Assembly: GCA_010093605.1 (NCBI GenBank)
Contig: MU004202.1
Location: 197,560-261,559, forward strand
Source: Lophium mytilinum
Taxonomy: Eukaryota
Reading direction: 5' to 3'
Length of the DNA stretch: 64,000 nt
Positions 23,746 to 35,675 of this stretch are shown here, piece after piece (within the stretch, counting starts at the first letter, position 1; the number at the start of each line of letters is the position of its first letter). The position numbers and the translations under genes are program-made. A model generated the notes under the pieces. The model ran no database searches, was not told where the DNA came from, and saw nothing but the letters and a program-made list of their open reading frames with translations.

Positions 23746-25476
23746 ATGATTGCGTCCTCGCGCAGGTGGTTACGGCGCAATCGGACCAACTTTGCCATCG
23801 GAGCGGGCGTGCTGGGTGCTGGCTATGTAGCCGGCCAGTATATACTGGGGAAGGTGTCCGAGGCGCGCCAGCGCATGAGCGAGGAGCGCATCGCGAAGGA
23901 GAAGTAGGCGCATCTGTTCTTTGTGTTGTAGTAGATGCCCGTATGCTGATGTTGTTCTCCCAGCCTCCGCCGGCGCTTCGAGCAGAACCAGGAGGACTGC
24001 ACCTTTACCGTGCTCGCCATCCTGCCGACCGCGACCGAGAATATCCTGGAGGCATTGCCTGTCGAACGGACATTGAACGAGCTGCAGAAACAGAAGCAGG
24101 AGCGGCTGGCAAGAAGCGTGGGCCCGTCAGAGCTCACCATATCGGACGTGCAATCGTCGCCACGGAGTGTTACCGACGATGACGGCAAGAGCTTGACCAG
24201 CTTTCAGAGCGAGAGCTATGTCCATGCCAGCCAGGTGGCAGATAGCAGTGCTGCCAATGGTGAAGGCAGCGGGGAGACAGGTCCCCAGGCATCGCCGCGG
24301 CCGAAGAAGAGCAAGGCCCAGTTATGGAATGAGATGAAGATAAGCTGTAAGTGGTAGAGTCACTCTGATATACACCTTCTAACGTGGACAGCCATCTCGA
24401 GAGCATTCACGTTGATATATACCCTATCATTACTTAGTCTCCTTACCCGTATACAGCTCAACCTCCTCGGACGACGAAATTACCTTGCCAGCGTTGTCTC
24501 TCTAGCAGCACCTCCACCCCAAGAGTCTAAGATCAGTCTCGAGAACAACGACGACGATAACTTCGAGCATGCCTACGGCAACGACTTCGAGACGAACCGC
24601 CGTTACCTCTCCTTCAGCTGGTGGCTCCTCCACCGCGGCTGCATAGACATCATGACCAAAGTCAGCGCCGCCGTAACCGAAGTATTCGGAAGCCTGAACC
24701 CACGCGAAGAAATAACCCTCGAGCGGCTGTCCGAACTAACCCTCGAAGTCCGCAAGAAAGTCGAGGGCGCCACTGAATCCGACAGGAGGTCAGTTCCCCC
24801 GCACCCAAACCGCCCCCTCACCCCTAACTCGTGTTCCAGAACCTGCAAATGGCTCCCCTACCTCCTCCCCCCACCAGACCAGGAATCCTACGTCCTTCAA
24901 GAGTCCGGCATGAACCCCCCGGCCAACAGCACACCCCCATCCCCCTCCCTCCGCCGCCTCATCGACGAAACCTCCGACCTCATCGACTCCCCCTCCTTCA
25001 CCCACGTCCTCACCCTCCTCCTCGACGCCGCCTTCTCCCTCCTCATCGACTCCAAAATCGCCACCCACGCCTACAAAATCCCGCCCACGTCCGCCTCCAC
25101 GGCACGGGTCGTAGAGATCGTCGGCGCGGACGCGAAGGCAAAGGTCGCGGTCAGCCTGGCCGTGTTCTGCAGGCAGGCACACGCGATCGGGTCCGGGTCG
25201 AACAACGAGTACCTCGCGGCCATGGAAAACGTGAGGGACCTGGAGGCGTTCGCGGCGGTGGTGTATAGCAGCAATTTCGAGTTCGAGACGCCGGAGGCGA
25301 ACGCCGGGGAGAATGTGGTGGAGATTGGGAGTGATACTGTGAAGTTGAGCCGGCCGAGCACGGCGGATGTGGGCGAAGGCGCGACGGTTGGGGGGGAGGT
25401 GAGCCTGCTGGGTGCCGAGAGTGGGTTCGAGTCCGCGTGGGGCAAGGCGCTGGGGAGTCAGGATGGGAAGAGTTAG
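23746..25476 (+). CDS. PEX3: Peroxin 3; introns 23904-23963, 24347-24391, 24789-24839
   Basis: MIASSRRWLRRNRTNFAIGAGVLGAGY, AKENLRRRFEQNQEDCTFTVLA, KSKAQLWNEMKISSISRAFTLIY, LTRIQLNLLGRRNYL, YLSFSWWLLHRG, DLEAFAAVVYSSNF. Confidence 0.96.
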
Positions 25477-25708
25477 GTAGCTTCTGGACGCAATTACACT
25501 CTGGATTGGTTGGGAGCACGGTTGCTTGGGACGACTCATAGCGATTTTTTGGATAAGAACGTGTATGATATGAAACAGCTATTGCTATACTCGGGTCGAG
25601 ATCATGAACGGCCTCTAATGTAGAATGGACCTCATTGCTGACACGAGCTTGATGTGGTAAGAGATGACAGCTCCGCACCTTGGCTCGCCACTGCTTGGGC
25701 CCCCCCTA

Positions 25709-26125
25709 AGGGTTTCGAAGATTCAAAGGCGATGTTGAGGTTCAAGCGGTGGAGGTTAGACTGCCTCTTAACTAGATGGCTGCTTAGCAGCCAGGGTACC
25801 CCCTACAGTGGTGTCGAGCAAGCAATATAAGGGCTTAGTAGTGACGGATTCGTAAGTTCCAAGCAGCGTAAATTAGGCTGCCGCTTGACTGAAAGGCTAC
25901 TTAGCAGCCAGGGTACCCCCTACAGTGGTGTAGAGTGAGCAATATGAGGGCTTAGTAGTGACAATTTCGTGTGTTATAGGCTTTCAAAACTTCAAGGGTG
26001 ATGTTGAGTTTTAAGCAGCGTAAGTTAGACTGCCTCTTGACTAAAAGGCTACTTAGCAGCCAGGCTACTTCATATAGTGGTGTTGATTGAGCAACATGGA
26101 AACCAAACGGTGATAGATTTGTATG
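25709..26125. repeat. Three degenerate tandem copies of a ~120-150-bp unit between PEX3 and the BTB gene
   Basis: CTTAGCAGCCAGG(GTACCCCCTACAGTGGTGT) recurs at about 25783, 25900 and 26052 with shared flanks. Confidence 0.8.
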
Positions 26126-26156
26126 CCGAGACTAATGGCTTAGTATTGTAAACATA

Positions 26157-27756
26157 CTAACGGATCGGGGTGCCACCAAAGTCCTTCAAATCGAGGCCAT
26201 GGATCTCACGCAAGACCATGTCAGCCATCTCCGTAACCTTAACGCCCAGATTGCACAGGTGATAGCCATCATAATCGGTCATCCACATAGGTGACTTTAT
26301 ACTCTTCACCTTTTCCTGCAACTCGCAGAAACTTATTCCGGCAAAAGGCACAAATAGATACGATAGCTCTGAGGACACCAGCCCTTTTGTCAGCGCACCG
26401 TAGAGGATAGACCCGCACTCGAACGAATACTGGCTGCCACGTGGACAACAGTAATCAGCGGCTCGGTAATCATGGAGGAGGATACGTAGTTGCGAGTCGA
26501 CGGTAGCAATCGCGCGAACGCGGGCTTGGTCGATACGATCTACTTAGGAAGTTAATGTACTTGTTCTCACATATGTAGCTCGGCTGGTAGAGGGAGTAAT
26601 GGGAGTAATGGGAGTAATGGGAATAATGGGAATAATGGGAGTAATGGGAGTAATGGGAGTAATGGGAGTAATGGGAGTAATGGGAGAACTTACCGACAAA
26701 ACCTGTAATCGGGAGACCTAACGTTGGCAGCTCTTTCTGCTTACTCTGCTTGATCGCAACGGCCGTCGTCTGCGCGAACTCCGAGGGAAGCCTCAACACC
26801 CACGCTATGCACATCCACAGCATGAGGTCTCGACAGTGCGTCGACGGAATGGGGCTTGTTGTCTTAAGATGATCAATCCATCGCTCAGTCCACCCCTCAG
26901 CGGCCTCTGCGCAGTCGTAATAGTCGATCAGGGTAGCTAGTTTGGCAAGCATTTCTAGAGACACTGCCCGTGGTACGTTGCGGTGGCGAAGATGCACTAC
27001 ATTGAGAAGAATGAGTAATGCTTCTTTATCCCAATCTTGGACTAAAATGTAGTAATGACCGTATTTCTCGTTCTCGATGCCAAGCATGCTATTGAACTTG
27101 GGCGACGCCAGTCGGAGATGGCTGGCGGACACATGGTAGTGGACCCCCTTTTCGTAAGGAGAAAGTTCATAGGTTTCAGGCTCAGGGGCCGGCTCTTCCA
27201 CAACAGTCTCCTCGGTGGTAGGCTCTTCGGTAGGAGGCAATTCAGGCGGGGGCGAGGGGGGGAGTAGTTCCTCATCTTCCGGATATTTGACGGGTGGTGG
27301 TGACGGAGGAAGGGGGGCCTCCTCTTCCAGATATTCGACAGGCCGCGGTGGCGGAGGGAAGTAATCCCCATCCGGATATTCGATGAGCGGCGTTGGCGGA
27401 AGGGGCTCGGGATCTTCTGGATATTCGACGAATGATGAATTGAAAGGAGGTTCCTCAGGTTTAAGATCTTCGAAAGCACGCGGTGGTGGAGGAGGCTCCT
27501 CGTCTTGAATTTCTTCGACGGGGGGTGGTGGCGGAGAAGGCACCTCATAGGGGATTGCAACTCCCTTCTTTTTCTTCTTCTTAGTCGTTGTTTTCTCCTC
27601 CTTAGTCGCTGTTTCTTCCTTCTTACTCGTTGTTTTCTCCCAAACGTTTAGATCCCAGACATCAGGCTGACCCCAAACAGCGAAGAAGACGCTCGGTTCC
27701 TTCAAAATGATGATAGTATCCGCATGAGGGTCTATTTCGAAACTTTCCGGAGCCAT
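26157..27756 (-). CDS. Fungal BTB/POZ-domain protein with a Pro/Glu-rich repetitive insert; exons 27756-26694 and 26539-26157
   Basis: EIDPHADTIIIL ... YHVSASHLRLASPKFNSML ... DKEALLILLNVVH ... LEMLAKLATLIDYYDC; after splicing, DRIDQAR..SFECGSILYGALTK is in frame with ORF 26157..26378. Confidence 0.82.
26592..26687. repeat. (GGGAGTAAT)x10 9-bp minisatellite inside the BTB-gene intron
   Basis: Ten full units (two are GGGAATAAT) plus a partial unit. Confidence 0.95.
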
Positions 27757-27989
27757 AATGGCGATAATTCAAAAAGAAAGAGAGAGCGGAAAGAGTAATG
27801 TTTCTACAAAGGTAGAATATGCGAGAGAAGTGACTGAAGGTGTGGGTGTTTACCTATGCGAGGCAGTAGGCCCGGCCTTATCTGCTCTTATGCAACCCCC
27901 GCACGCGGCACAGCACGATGTGCTGTCACGACGTCGCCTGTGTTATGATTGGGAGTTTCAGCGAGGACGAATGAGAGTTTTAGGAGAGC

Positions 27990-28400
27990 GACGCGGGGCA
28001 TGAAAGAAGTGGCACTTTATTCAACCTTTGTTATATACACCTGTCTACCGCTGCTTGGGGTGGCTCCCTGCATTTTTAGAGATAGAAAAGATATGAAAAC
28101 TCTTAGCTTTGGGCTATGTGGAAACTTGTTGAGATACTCCAGGCGGTGGCAGACCGGTGCACCTACTGTACCTTCTAGGTAGAACAGCCATAGAGAGCGT
28201 GGTAGATAAAGGGCATTAAAAATTGGTAGTCCACGAATCTGTAAAGTATACTTACTACTTCTATACTTGTTTAGCACCGTTAGAGGTCCTCCAGTATACT
28301 ATTGCTACTTGCAAAATACTATCTTTAGCAAGCCTGATAGCTCTTCAGGCCACCTCAGACGGTGCTGAACTACTGGAGAGTGTAACTTTTTCTCCGCTAC
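27990..28400 (-). mobile_element. Near full-length MITE-like element (about 410 bp) upstream of the BTB gene
   Basis: Starts GACGCGGGGCATGAAAGAAGTGGCAC; colinear with 19536-19926; both arms match 22621-22934 in reverse complement. Confidence 0.72.
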
Positions 28401-28616
28401 CACTTAGGTCATTCGTGAGATCGTCGAGCTTAGAAGAGAACGGATCACTCACCAGAATGTATAAAGTAACTGGTCTCATCGCGATGAGACAGGGTAAGTT
28501 CAGCTGCCTAACCTACACCGTACTCTAGAAAACACCGAAACCTTCCGCTCCGCTCCCCTTCCCAATCCTGACCACTAGAAAGACTGGAACGCCCCCATCC
28601 ACTCCCGATTCAGACA

Positions 28617-28856
28617 TCACGGTTCCATAAACGACCGCCCAGAGTTCTTGATTCCGCCCCCCCGACTCGCGTGAACCTTCTCCCGCAGCCGCTTCGCTCG
28701 TTCTTCCTCACTAGGCCCCTCTTCGCCAGCTGCTCCTTCAGTCTCTCCATCCGCCTTCTTTTCGAGTTCGGCCGCGTTGGTGGGTGCGTCTTGCGCCTTG
28801 CCGGCGAATGACCGCTGTACTGTGTCCTTTGCGGAGGCAGGGTTGCTTGAAGACAT
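28617..28856 (-). CDS. Small hydrophilic hypothetical protein (79 aa)
   Basis: ATG-initiated ORF preceded by a C/T/A-rich leader typical of fungal 5' UTRs; no motif. Confidence 0.5.
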   Translation of the reverse strand: MSSSNPASAKDTVQRSFAGKAQDAPTNAAELEKKADGETEGAAGEEGPSEEERAKRLREKVHASRGGGIKNSGRSFMEP

Positions 28857-29259
28857 TATGGTTTACGGTTGAAGAAGAGATAGGGGAATAGTGTAGGATT
28901 TGTAGAATGTACTAGGTGTGTTTGGGGATAGGTGTAGAGGTGGGCGAGGTTGAGGTTGAGGCTGGTGGAGATGAGTGATGTCATACGTCGCGGAGTCAGG
29001 TGACCTGTTTCACTTTGGAAGCCCGCTGGAGTAATTCTTGACCGTTGTTTGATTGTTAACCTCTAGATGTCAAGAATCAGACTCGATCTTCAAAACTTGC
29101 ACAAGGACTTCGGGCGCAGTCCAGCCCCCTTCGAGACCCTGTGAACATATCTCTCCAATGGGTTGTCCACTGCACCTTGAAATTATGAAGCTCAAGTGTG
29201 GGTATATTCCTATTATGCACCTATCCAATCCGTTTATTACCCCTGCCTTTTCTCTTTTC

Positions 29260-30960
29260 TCAACTACACGACTTCGTGGCTTTGTAAGTCACCAGCCCCC
29301 TGTCCCCCACCACCCTCTGCAGCGTCGGCCACACGCCTTCATCCCCGAAATCCATATCATCGAGATTTAGATGCTGCCGGTAGCTCCAGACCTCCTCCAG
29401 CTTCACCTCCGTCGTCGCATTGGGTTGGGCGTACGGTTTTAGGAAATATGCCGAGCGAGGCGCGACCAGGTACACCGTTTTCGGCGAACCGGTGAGACGC
29501 TCGAAAAGGCTCTTATTCTCGCATGGCGAAACCTTGGCGAGCTCCTCTAGCATCTTAGGCCCAGGCATTCCCATCAGATCCCGCGTGTCCAGGTCCTCGT
29601 TCTTGCCGTTGAGCAACCAGATAGGCGGGCTGTACGTTTTCCACCATAGGACGTGGCTGAGGGTTTCGTTGGAGCGAGCGAGGTAGTTCTGTGTCGGCAC
29701 GATGCCGCCTTGGTGGTAAACGCCCATTAGGAAGCCCATGGCGACGTTGAAGATAACCCAGGAGCCGATCCAGGCGGGGGTATGTCTCTTCGGTAGCCGG
29801 ATTGAGGAGAGGAAGAGTGGCACGGCGGGGATTAAGAAGCGGGCCTCCTGGTGGGGAAAGAAGGAGAGGAAGAGGACACCCGAGAAGGCTGAGAGGAGCC
29901 GTATGGTCGTTTTCCTGGACTGGAAGAATATGAGTGGGAATGCGGGGCCGAGTAACTGGGGGAGGTTGACCAGGAAGTGCTGGTAAAATGGGTGGATGCC
30001 ATGCTGGGCGAGGTTGACGGTAGATGAGTTGTATTTGACATTATTGAGCGGCGTGATGATGGGGTGGTTCATCAACGACGTGAACTTAAAAGAACCGGAT
30101 GTGTAGAAGGCTGTATCTACACAGATAGCAATGAAAGCGGTGATACCGGCAAATGTGAGTAGGAATACAAGGGAGAATGGTCTAAACGAGGTGTCAGTGG
30201 CGCATGCAGAGTGGAATGCGGTCAACAGACTTTCTCCGGAAATGCGGTAGCAGGCTCAACGCCGGTACTAGAAGGAATGCTGGGAACGTAATTCGGTTGA
30301 AGACGCCAACTACGGCCAGGAAACCAAGCATTGAAGATGCAAAGACTCCAGAGTGCTTCTATCAGAATGTCAGCCATTGTTTCAGCCACCCGCAATGCGC
30401 TGTGACGCGCCTTATCTTCCACAATTCTCCCTATCAGCACCAAACTCCATGCCACCAATAGTGTTTCCAATGAGTTCGAGAAGGTATGGGTCTGGAGAGT
30501 CCAGGTCACGTAGGACGATGCGACCAGCGGGACGGCAACGCGCCTTTGACGCGGTGATTGTACGAGCTCTTGCACCGCCCAGTCCTCGAGCACGATGCTC
30601 AGCGTGAGCATCAACACTCGCAGAGCCCAGTATACTACCGACGGCGCGACTTCCTCATATCCAAAACCCTCCCAGAGCCACCGGAGGAGGTACATGGGCG
30701 ACCCGTAGGCGAGCCATAGCGGAAACGAGCTGCGGATGGGATTCTCGGAGGTGAACTCCCAGGTAAGGTGCACAGGATAGGAGAATATGCGTCCTGGTAA
30801 AGGCAAATTGTCAGCGGTTATGCACTCAAAGGTGGATCTGGTTAGACCTACCTGCTATGACCTCCGGGCCCTGGAAGTTCTCATCTGGGTGTAGGTAGCT
30901 GGGGGAGAAGGCGAAGTAGACGCGCACGAGGATCAGCAAGAAATAGAGACGCCTCCACAT
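29260..30960 (-). CDS. SMP3: GPI mannosyltransferase 4 (PIG-Z, GT22/Alg9-like); introns 30794-30851, 30359-30410 (GC-AG), 30182-30230
   Basis: [107 protein letters not shown]. Confidence 0.94.
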
Positions 30961-32282
30961 GGCGGCATCAAGATAGACCGTGGAATGATGTAGCGAAGGT
31001 CGCGCATTTGCATGGCGCGCAGAGTAGTGAAGGTTGGTAATGGGGTGACTACAGATGGAAATGGACAGAAAGCTGGTGCCACTCCGTCCGGTGAAGTGTC
31101 GTCACGAAAGGGGCCGATTGGAAGTAGTTGTTTGTGAGGGCAAGGGCGAGACAGCTCGAAACTTCTGCAGGCGCAATAAATAGGCATAAAAGGGCTGTTA
31201 ATAAGGGGACATCTGGGGTGGACAATAGCCGCAAGCAATAAGATGCCACCTCATCGCGTCCGCAAACAGTGTCGGCTAGGCGTGCTGCACGCGGGCTTCT
31301 GAGACCATTCGTGGGGAGCGTCACCGGGTCGCATATTTTGAACAGTTGCTGGAGAGCGGCAAGCAGCGTGTGACTAGGGTTGGTATATCATTTAGATTTG
31401 GAGATCTATATGCAGAGCAATGCTCAAGGACACCCGCGACTGAAGCTGGCAAGGGTCTCCCACTTGTCTTGGCATTCCCGTCGTCATGTGACACACATCG
31501 CCAGCGGAAGTGCTCATTTCAAGCAACACTGTTTTAGAGTTTGATATACTGATATATACGGAGGGTGTGGCGCAGATATTAGAGTGGCCATCGGAAATAT
31601 GACAACAGAACAAAGCGCTAGACTACAAAGAGCGATGCCATGCCTTGTTGCCTGGCCGTACCACCTTCAGACGGCATGGATATCGCAGCCCCATATTCTA
31701 GCAGCCCGCAAAGAGCAAGACCGGGCCCGTGATTCTGGCAGCCTTGAGGGAGCTGAAGGGCGGAAGCGGTTTGCAATTTGGGAGCTTGCTAGGACCGAGC
31801 ATAGCCACAGCACCGAAAGCTCACGGCGGATTTCCCAGAATGGCGATGTTCTACCGTGGTTAGAGGGCGGAACAACGCGGCGGGAATCGTTGTTGGCAGC
31901 GTGGACAAAGAAAGTTCTCGAATTGCGTGTGGAGCAGGCGGCACAGTCATTGTCTGCCCTTACTTGCTTGTTCCGCAGGTGAAGGAGTGAATCAAAGGGA
32001 CAGCCAGTTTCTCCGCCATCAAGAGCCCTGGATTGGCAGCCTTGGCTAGGCCTAATGGGGCAAGGCCGGCATCGCCTCACCAGCTTGCTGCCTTTCACTT
32101 GTGTGCTCTGACACCCAAACCCTCCACCGAACATCAACTGCGCCCACATAAAAGGCTGCCCGCCCTTCTGCAAACCTACTCTCTCCACAACTCCACACAC
32201 CACACACCCGCAACACCACCAACCTCACTCCAAACAACCACGCCCACCTCACCAACTCACCGACACCCCGCAATCAGCTACA

Positions 32283-32899
32283 ATGGCCGCCACGACACTT
32301 GAGGCTCCCCAGAAGATCCTCCTTCAAACCTCCGACAATGTCGAGCTGAAGGTGGACCGCGACGTCGCTGAGCGCTCAATCCTCATCAAGAACTTGCTTG
32401 AGGATCTCGGAGGCGAGGGATCCGAGGCCATCCCGATTCCCAACGTACGTCCTACTGCCTGTTGCTGTCAACTTCTCGTCATCGCTAACGCATCTATAGG
32501 TGAACGAGGCCGTGATGAAGAAGGTCCTCGAGTGGTGTGAGCAGCACCGCAAAGATGCTCCTGCCACCCAGGACGACGACTCGGACTCCCGCAAAAAGTC
32601 GACGGACATCGACGAGTGGGACCAGAAGTTTATGCAGGTTGACCAGGAGATGCTCTTCGAGATCATCTTGGTACGTCATTCCCGACACCGATATTGAGAT
32701 GCAAATTTACTAACGTGCGCAGGCGGCAAACTACCTCGACATCAAGGCCCTTCTCGACGTCGGCTGCAAGACTGTTGCCAACATGATCAAGGGCAAGTCG
32801 CCGGATGAGATCCGCAAGACCTTCAACATCCAAAATGACTTCACACCCGAGGAGGAGGACCAGATCCGCCGCGAGAACGAGTGGGCCGAGGACCGTTGA
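32283..32899 (+). CDS. SKP1: SCF complex subunit Skp1 (SconC/Scon-3); exons 32283-32444, 32500-32670, 32723-32899
   Basis: [97 protein letters not shown]. Confidence 0.98.
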
Positions 32900-33249
32900 A
32901 CGTCTTCCGCTCGATCGCGTCTCTTATGTCTTTGCTAGTTTCGGGCATCACAACTACAACTACAACAACCCACGGGGACCGGCATGACCCTCGGGTCTTC
33001 ATTCACGTGCATACGATGGGAAGGGTTTGAGATGCGGTGTTGTGGTGTTTTTCTTTTCTTTTTCATTGGTTCTGGAGGAGAGTATGCTTTTCTGGACTTC
33101 TCTGCCTCTGCATCCCTCTCCCATCGCTCATGCACGCAGCAGGAGCTCTGGATATCGGGTTCGAGAAGATGACTTGACGTCATCCTCAAGGAGACATGCT
33201 ATGGTAGCGTGCGCAAAAACAATATAATTTAACCTCAACTCTTTTCTTC

Positions 33250-33320
33250 TGTCGTGATTCCTATTCTCTCTTGTCGTGATCCCTATTCTCTCTTGTCGTG
33301 ATTCCTATTCTCTCTCGTCG
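33250..33320. repeat. 22-bp tandem repeat x3 (TGTCGTGATTCCTATTCTCTCT) downstream of SKP1
   Basis: Directly visible near-identical units. Confidence 0.9.
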
Positions 33321-33999
33321 CTGTGATGCACCTACGTGTTCTCTTCTCTTTTTGCCTTCGCTACCAAGTCTTTTCTTAGTGCGCGTCCAGTTGTTACCGT
33401 GGTACTGCGCATCGTGCACCCATGGGCGCGTCTGCGATCTCGGACTTCCACGACCTCACGTGCTGCTGAACCTTCTTTTTTCCCCACCACACCAACAAGG
33501 TAACTCTTTACTCAGTACCAGAGCACAAACTTCGGTCCGCCATCTTTCCATCTCTTGCGGATTGCTGATAGCCTGCTGAAGCCCCACTAACAGCGGCTAG
33601 GTACCCGGAATGTAAGCGGATGAAGCATCTCTAATTAAGATTCCCAGGACTCTACACCCTATCGAGATTTTCAGTATGCGCTGAAGTACCTCAAACGGTG
33701 GCGATCGGGTATACCCAGAGTTACTGCAATGCACTGCAGTATGGAATACCATTATCCTAGTCCCCGAGGCATCACCTATCTCTCTAGGCTTTTCGTACAC
33801 TAGCCTAGCACCGCCTGGGGTCCTGTAATACATCCTGAGAGATCGGAAAAGGACAGTTTTGACAAGACTAAAAGCCTTGCAGCCCACCTCAAACAGTGTC
33901 AGACACGTGTACACGCACATCTATGATGAAGCTGGAACGCTCTTTCTGCAGATGTCGATCCGCTGCTTCTGCCACTGCGGTTGACTCTTTTCAGTCTCT

Positions 34000-35004
34000 A
34001 TGCCCAACCGCAGTCCACTCCACGGCTACACAACACATCGCTATCTTCAACACACAGGCACTCGCTTTAGTCCACCATTCTTGCATTTAGCCAACCTTCC
34101 CACTATATCGCGTCAAGGCCCATTAAGTATGTATTCTCCTACCCACTGCGTAACCCCAGATGAACGCTCTAACCACTCCGCGTCAGTACCCAAGCCCATG
34201 ATGGACGAGGCGTCCTTTTTCGACGAGGCCTTTCCAGACGCGGCGGCCATCGAACAGGTGGTCTTCGACGAGGCAGTCTTCCTAATCGGCTTCCGATGCT
34301 GCGGCCGTAACTTCGCCTCTTACCTGACACTCTACCACCACCGCGAGTCCGATTGCGAGACACACCGCGTTCAGATACCTTTAGAAACAGACGCCTGGCG
34401 CCAAGATATGGTATGCCGCCTGGATGCAGAACGCGAAAGACACCGTGAGGGAGAAGAACGCGAACTCCAGCGACGAGCAGAAATCCACCGCGAGCGAGAT
34501 GCAGCAAACCTACGCCGAGATGAAGAAATCCTACAACGGACTTTTGCAAGGAAACAAAGCATGGCAGATGTCGCATCCCGCAGAGCAGGTAGAATACAGT
34601 TATCGGAGCATGCCATAAATCTCGTCGGCGGGATCGAGCGCGCAGTCCAATCCACACAAGGGAACGCTGCCAAGACTATGAAACGCACACAGGATGAGAG
34701 AAGACGCCAGCTAGAGTTGGATCTCCAATCCGCACGAGAGCATGCTGCGAATGCTACACAACGCGCGCAGGACGCGAGGGCCTCGGCACCGGGGTCAGCA
34801 CCGACGCCCAGGACGCAGCCGGAGGACGCGAGCATCCCGTTCCCGGTGGACTCGGTGGGTCCGGGGGATTTCTTTTTGCGGGTGAGGCCGGATGGGGGCG
34901 CGTATGGGGGCACCTATTTGTGGGATGTGGTAAGGAGGAGGGTTGTGGCCCAGGTTCGCGTTAGCTATCACGGGTCTTATTCGTTCGATTGGTTACCGTT
35001 TTGA
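34000..35004 (+). CDS. Hypothetical protein with a degenerate zinc-finger-like motif (FRCCGRNFASYLTLYHHRESDC) and an R/E-rich coiled coil; start may be a later ATG
   Basis: 334-aa ORF; the motif resembles the F-x-CCG..L..H zinc finger of Sfp1-type proteins. Confidence 0.5.
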   Translation: MPNRSPLHGYTTHRYLQHTGTRFSPPFLHLANLPTISRQGPLSMYSPTHCVTPDERSNHSASVPKPMMDEASFFDEAFPDAAAIEQVVFDEAVFLIGFRCCGRNFASYLTLYHHRESDCETHRVQIPLETDAWRQDMVCRLDAERERHREGEERELQRRAEIHRERDAANLRRDEEILQRTFARKQSMADVASRRAGRIQLSEHAINLVGGIERAVQSTQGNAAKTMKRTQDERRRQLELDLQSAREHAANATQRAQDARASAPGSAPTPRTQPEDASIPFPVDSVGPGDFFLRVRPDGGAYGGTYLWDVVRRRVVAQVRVSYHGSYSFDWLPF

Positions 35005-35462
35005 AAGGGGCGTGGCGGCATCAGGAGGACCTGGGGACGGGAGATTTTTGGGGTTGGATGTCGAGAGTGATGGGGTTCAGATCGTTTATATGCTATCGTT
35101 TGTTTTGGGGACTGTAGTAGCCTGTTGGAGGGCTCCAGGGAGGTCTGGTATCAATACATTACTAGGACATAAGTATGTGCACTGCCTTTCGCCCTATGCG
35201 GTACTCTGCCTCGAGTCTGGGCACATCAACTGATTACAGGTTGTTACCAGCTTTGCTCATTCGATACCATTGTCGGGGGGCATCCTGACTGGTAGGTAGC
35301 CAATTAGCCAAGAAACAGTCTAATTTCCACTGCTTGGACCTTGACATCATCCTTGGATCTTCAGAATCCCGTGGGGGAACCCCAAGCAGTGGCGAACCAA
35401 TGTGCCGAGATTTGTCGCCTGCCACTGTACTCAGGTGCCTTTTTCTCAACTCTGATGACATG

Positions 35463-35675
35463 CTGAAGCATCCCGGACATCGGCTACATAGGCTGGTTAG
35501 AATCCTTGGAATTACTCTTGTTTCGCACTCTCTGGATTTTCAATAAGACACTGAAGCACCCCAGACATCGGCAACATAGGTTGGTTAGAATCCTTGAAAG
35601 TGCTCCTATTTCGCACTCTCCAGACTTTTGATAATACACCGAAGCCCCCCAGACAGCGGCAAACAGGTGTATATA
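35463..35675. repeat. 88-bp tandem repeat, about 2.4 copies
   Basis: C(T/C)GAAGCA.CCC.GACA.CGGC starts at 35463, 35551 and 35639. Confidence 0.85.

Noticed and set aside
26470..26693. (HYS)n C-terminal tail as the normal BTB protein end
   Set aside because: It lies in a GTAAGT..TAG intron whose removal restores a family-like C-terminus (ECGSILYGAL).
16801..28400. Heavy RIP of the repeat copies, or an autonomous transposon / Starship captain
   Set aside because: Copies differ by many transitions but are not strongly AT-rich, and RIP indices were not computed; no transposase, reverse transcriptase or tyrosine-recombinase ORF recognised.
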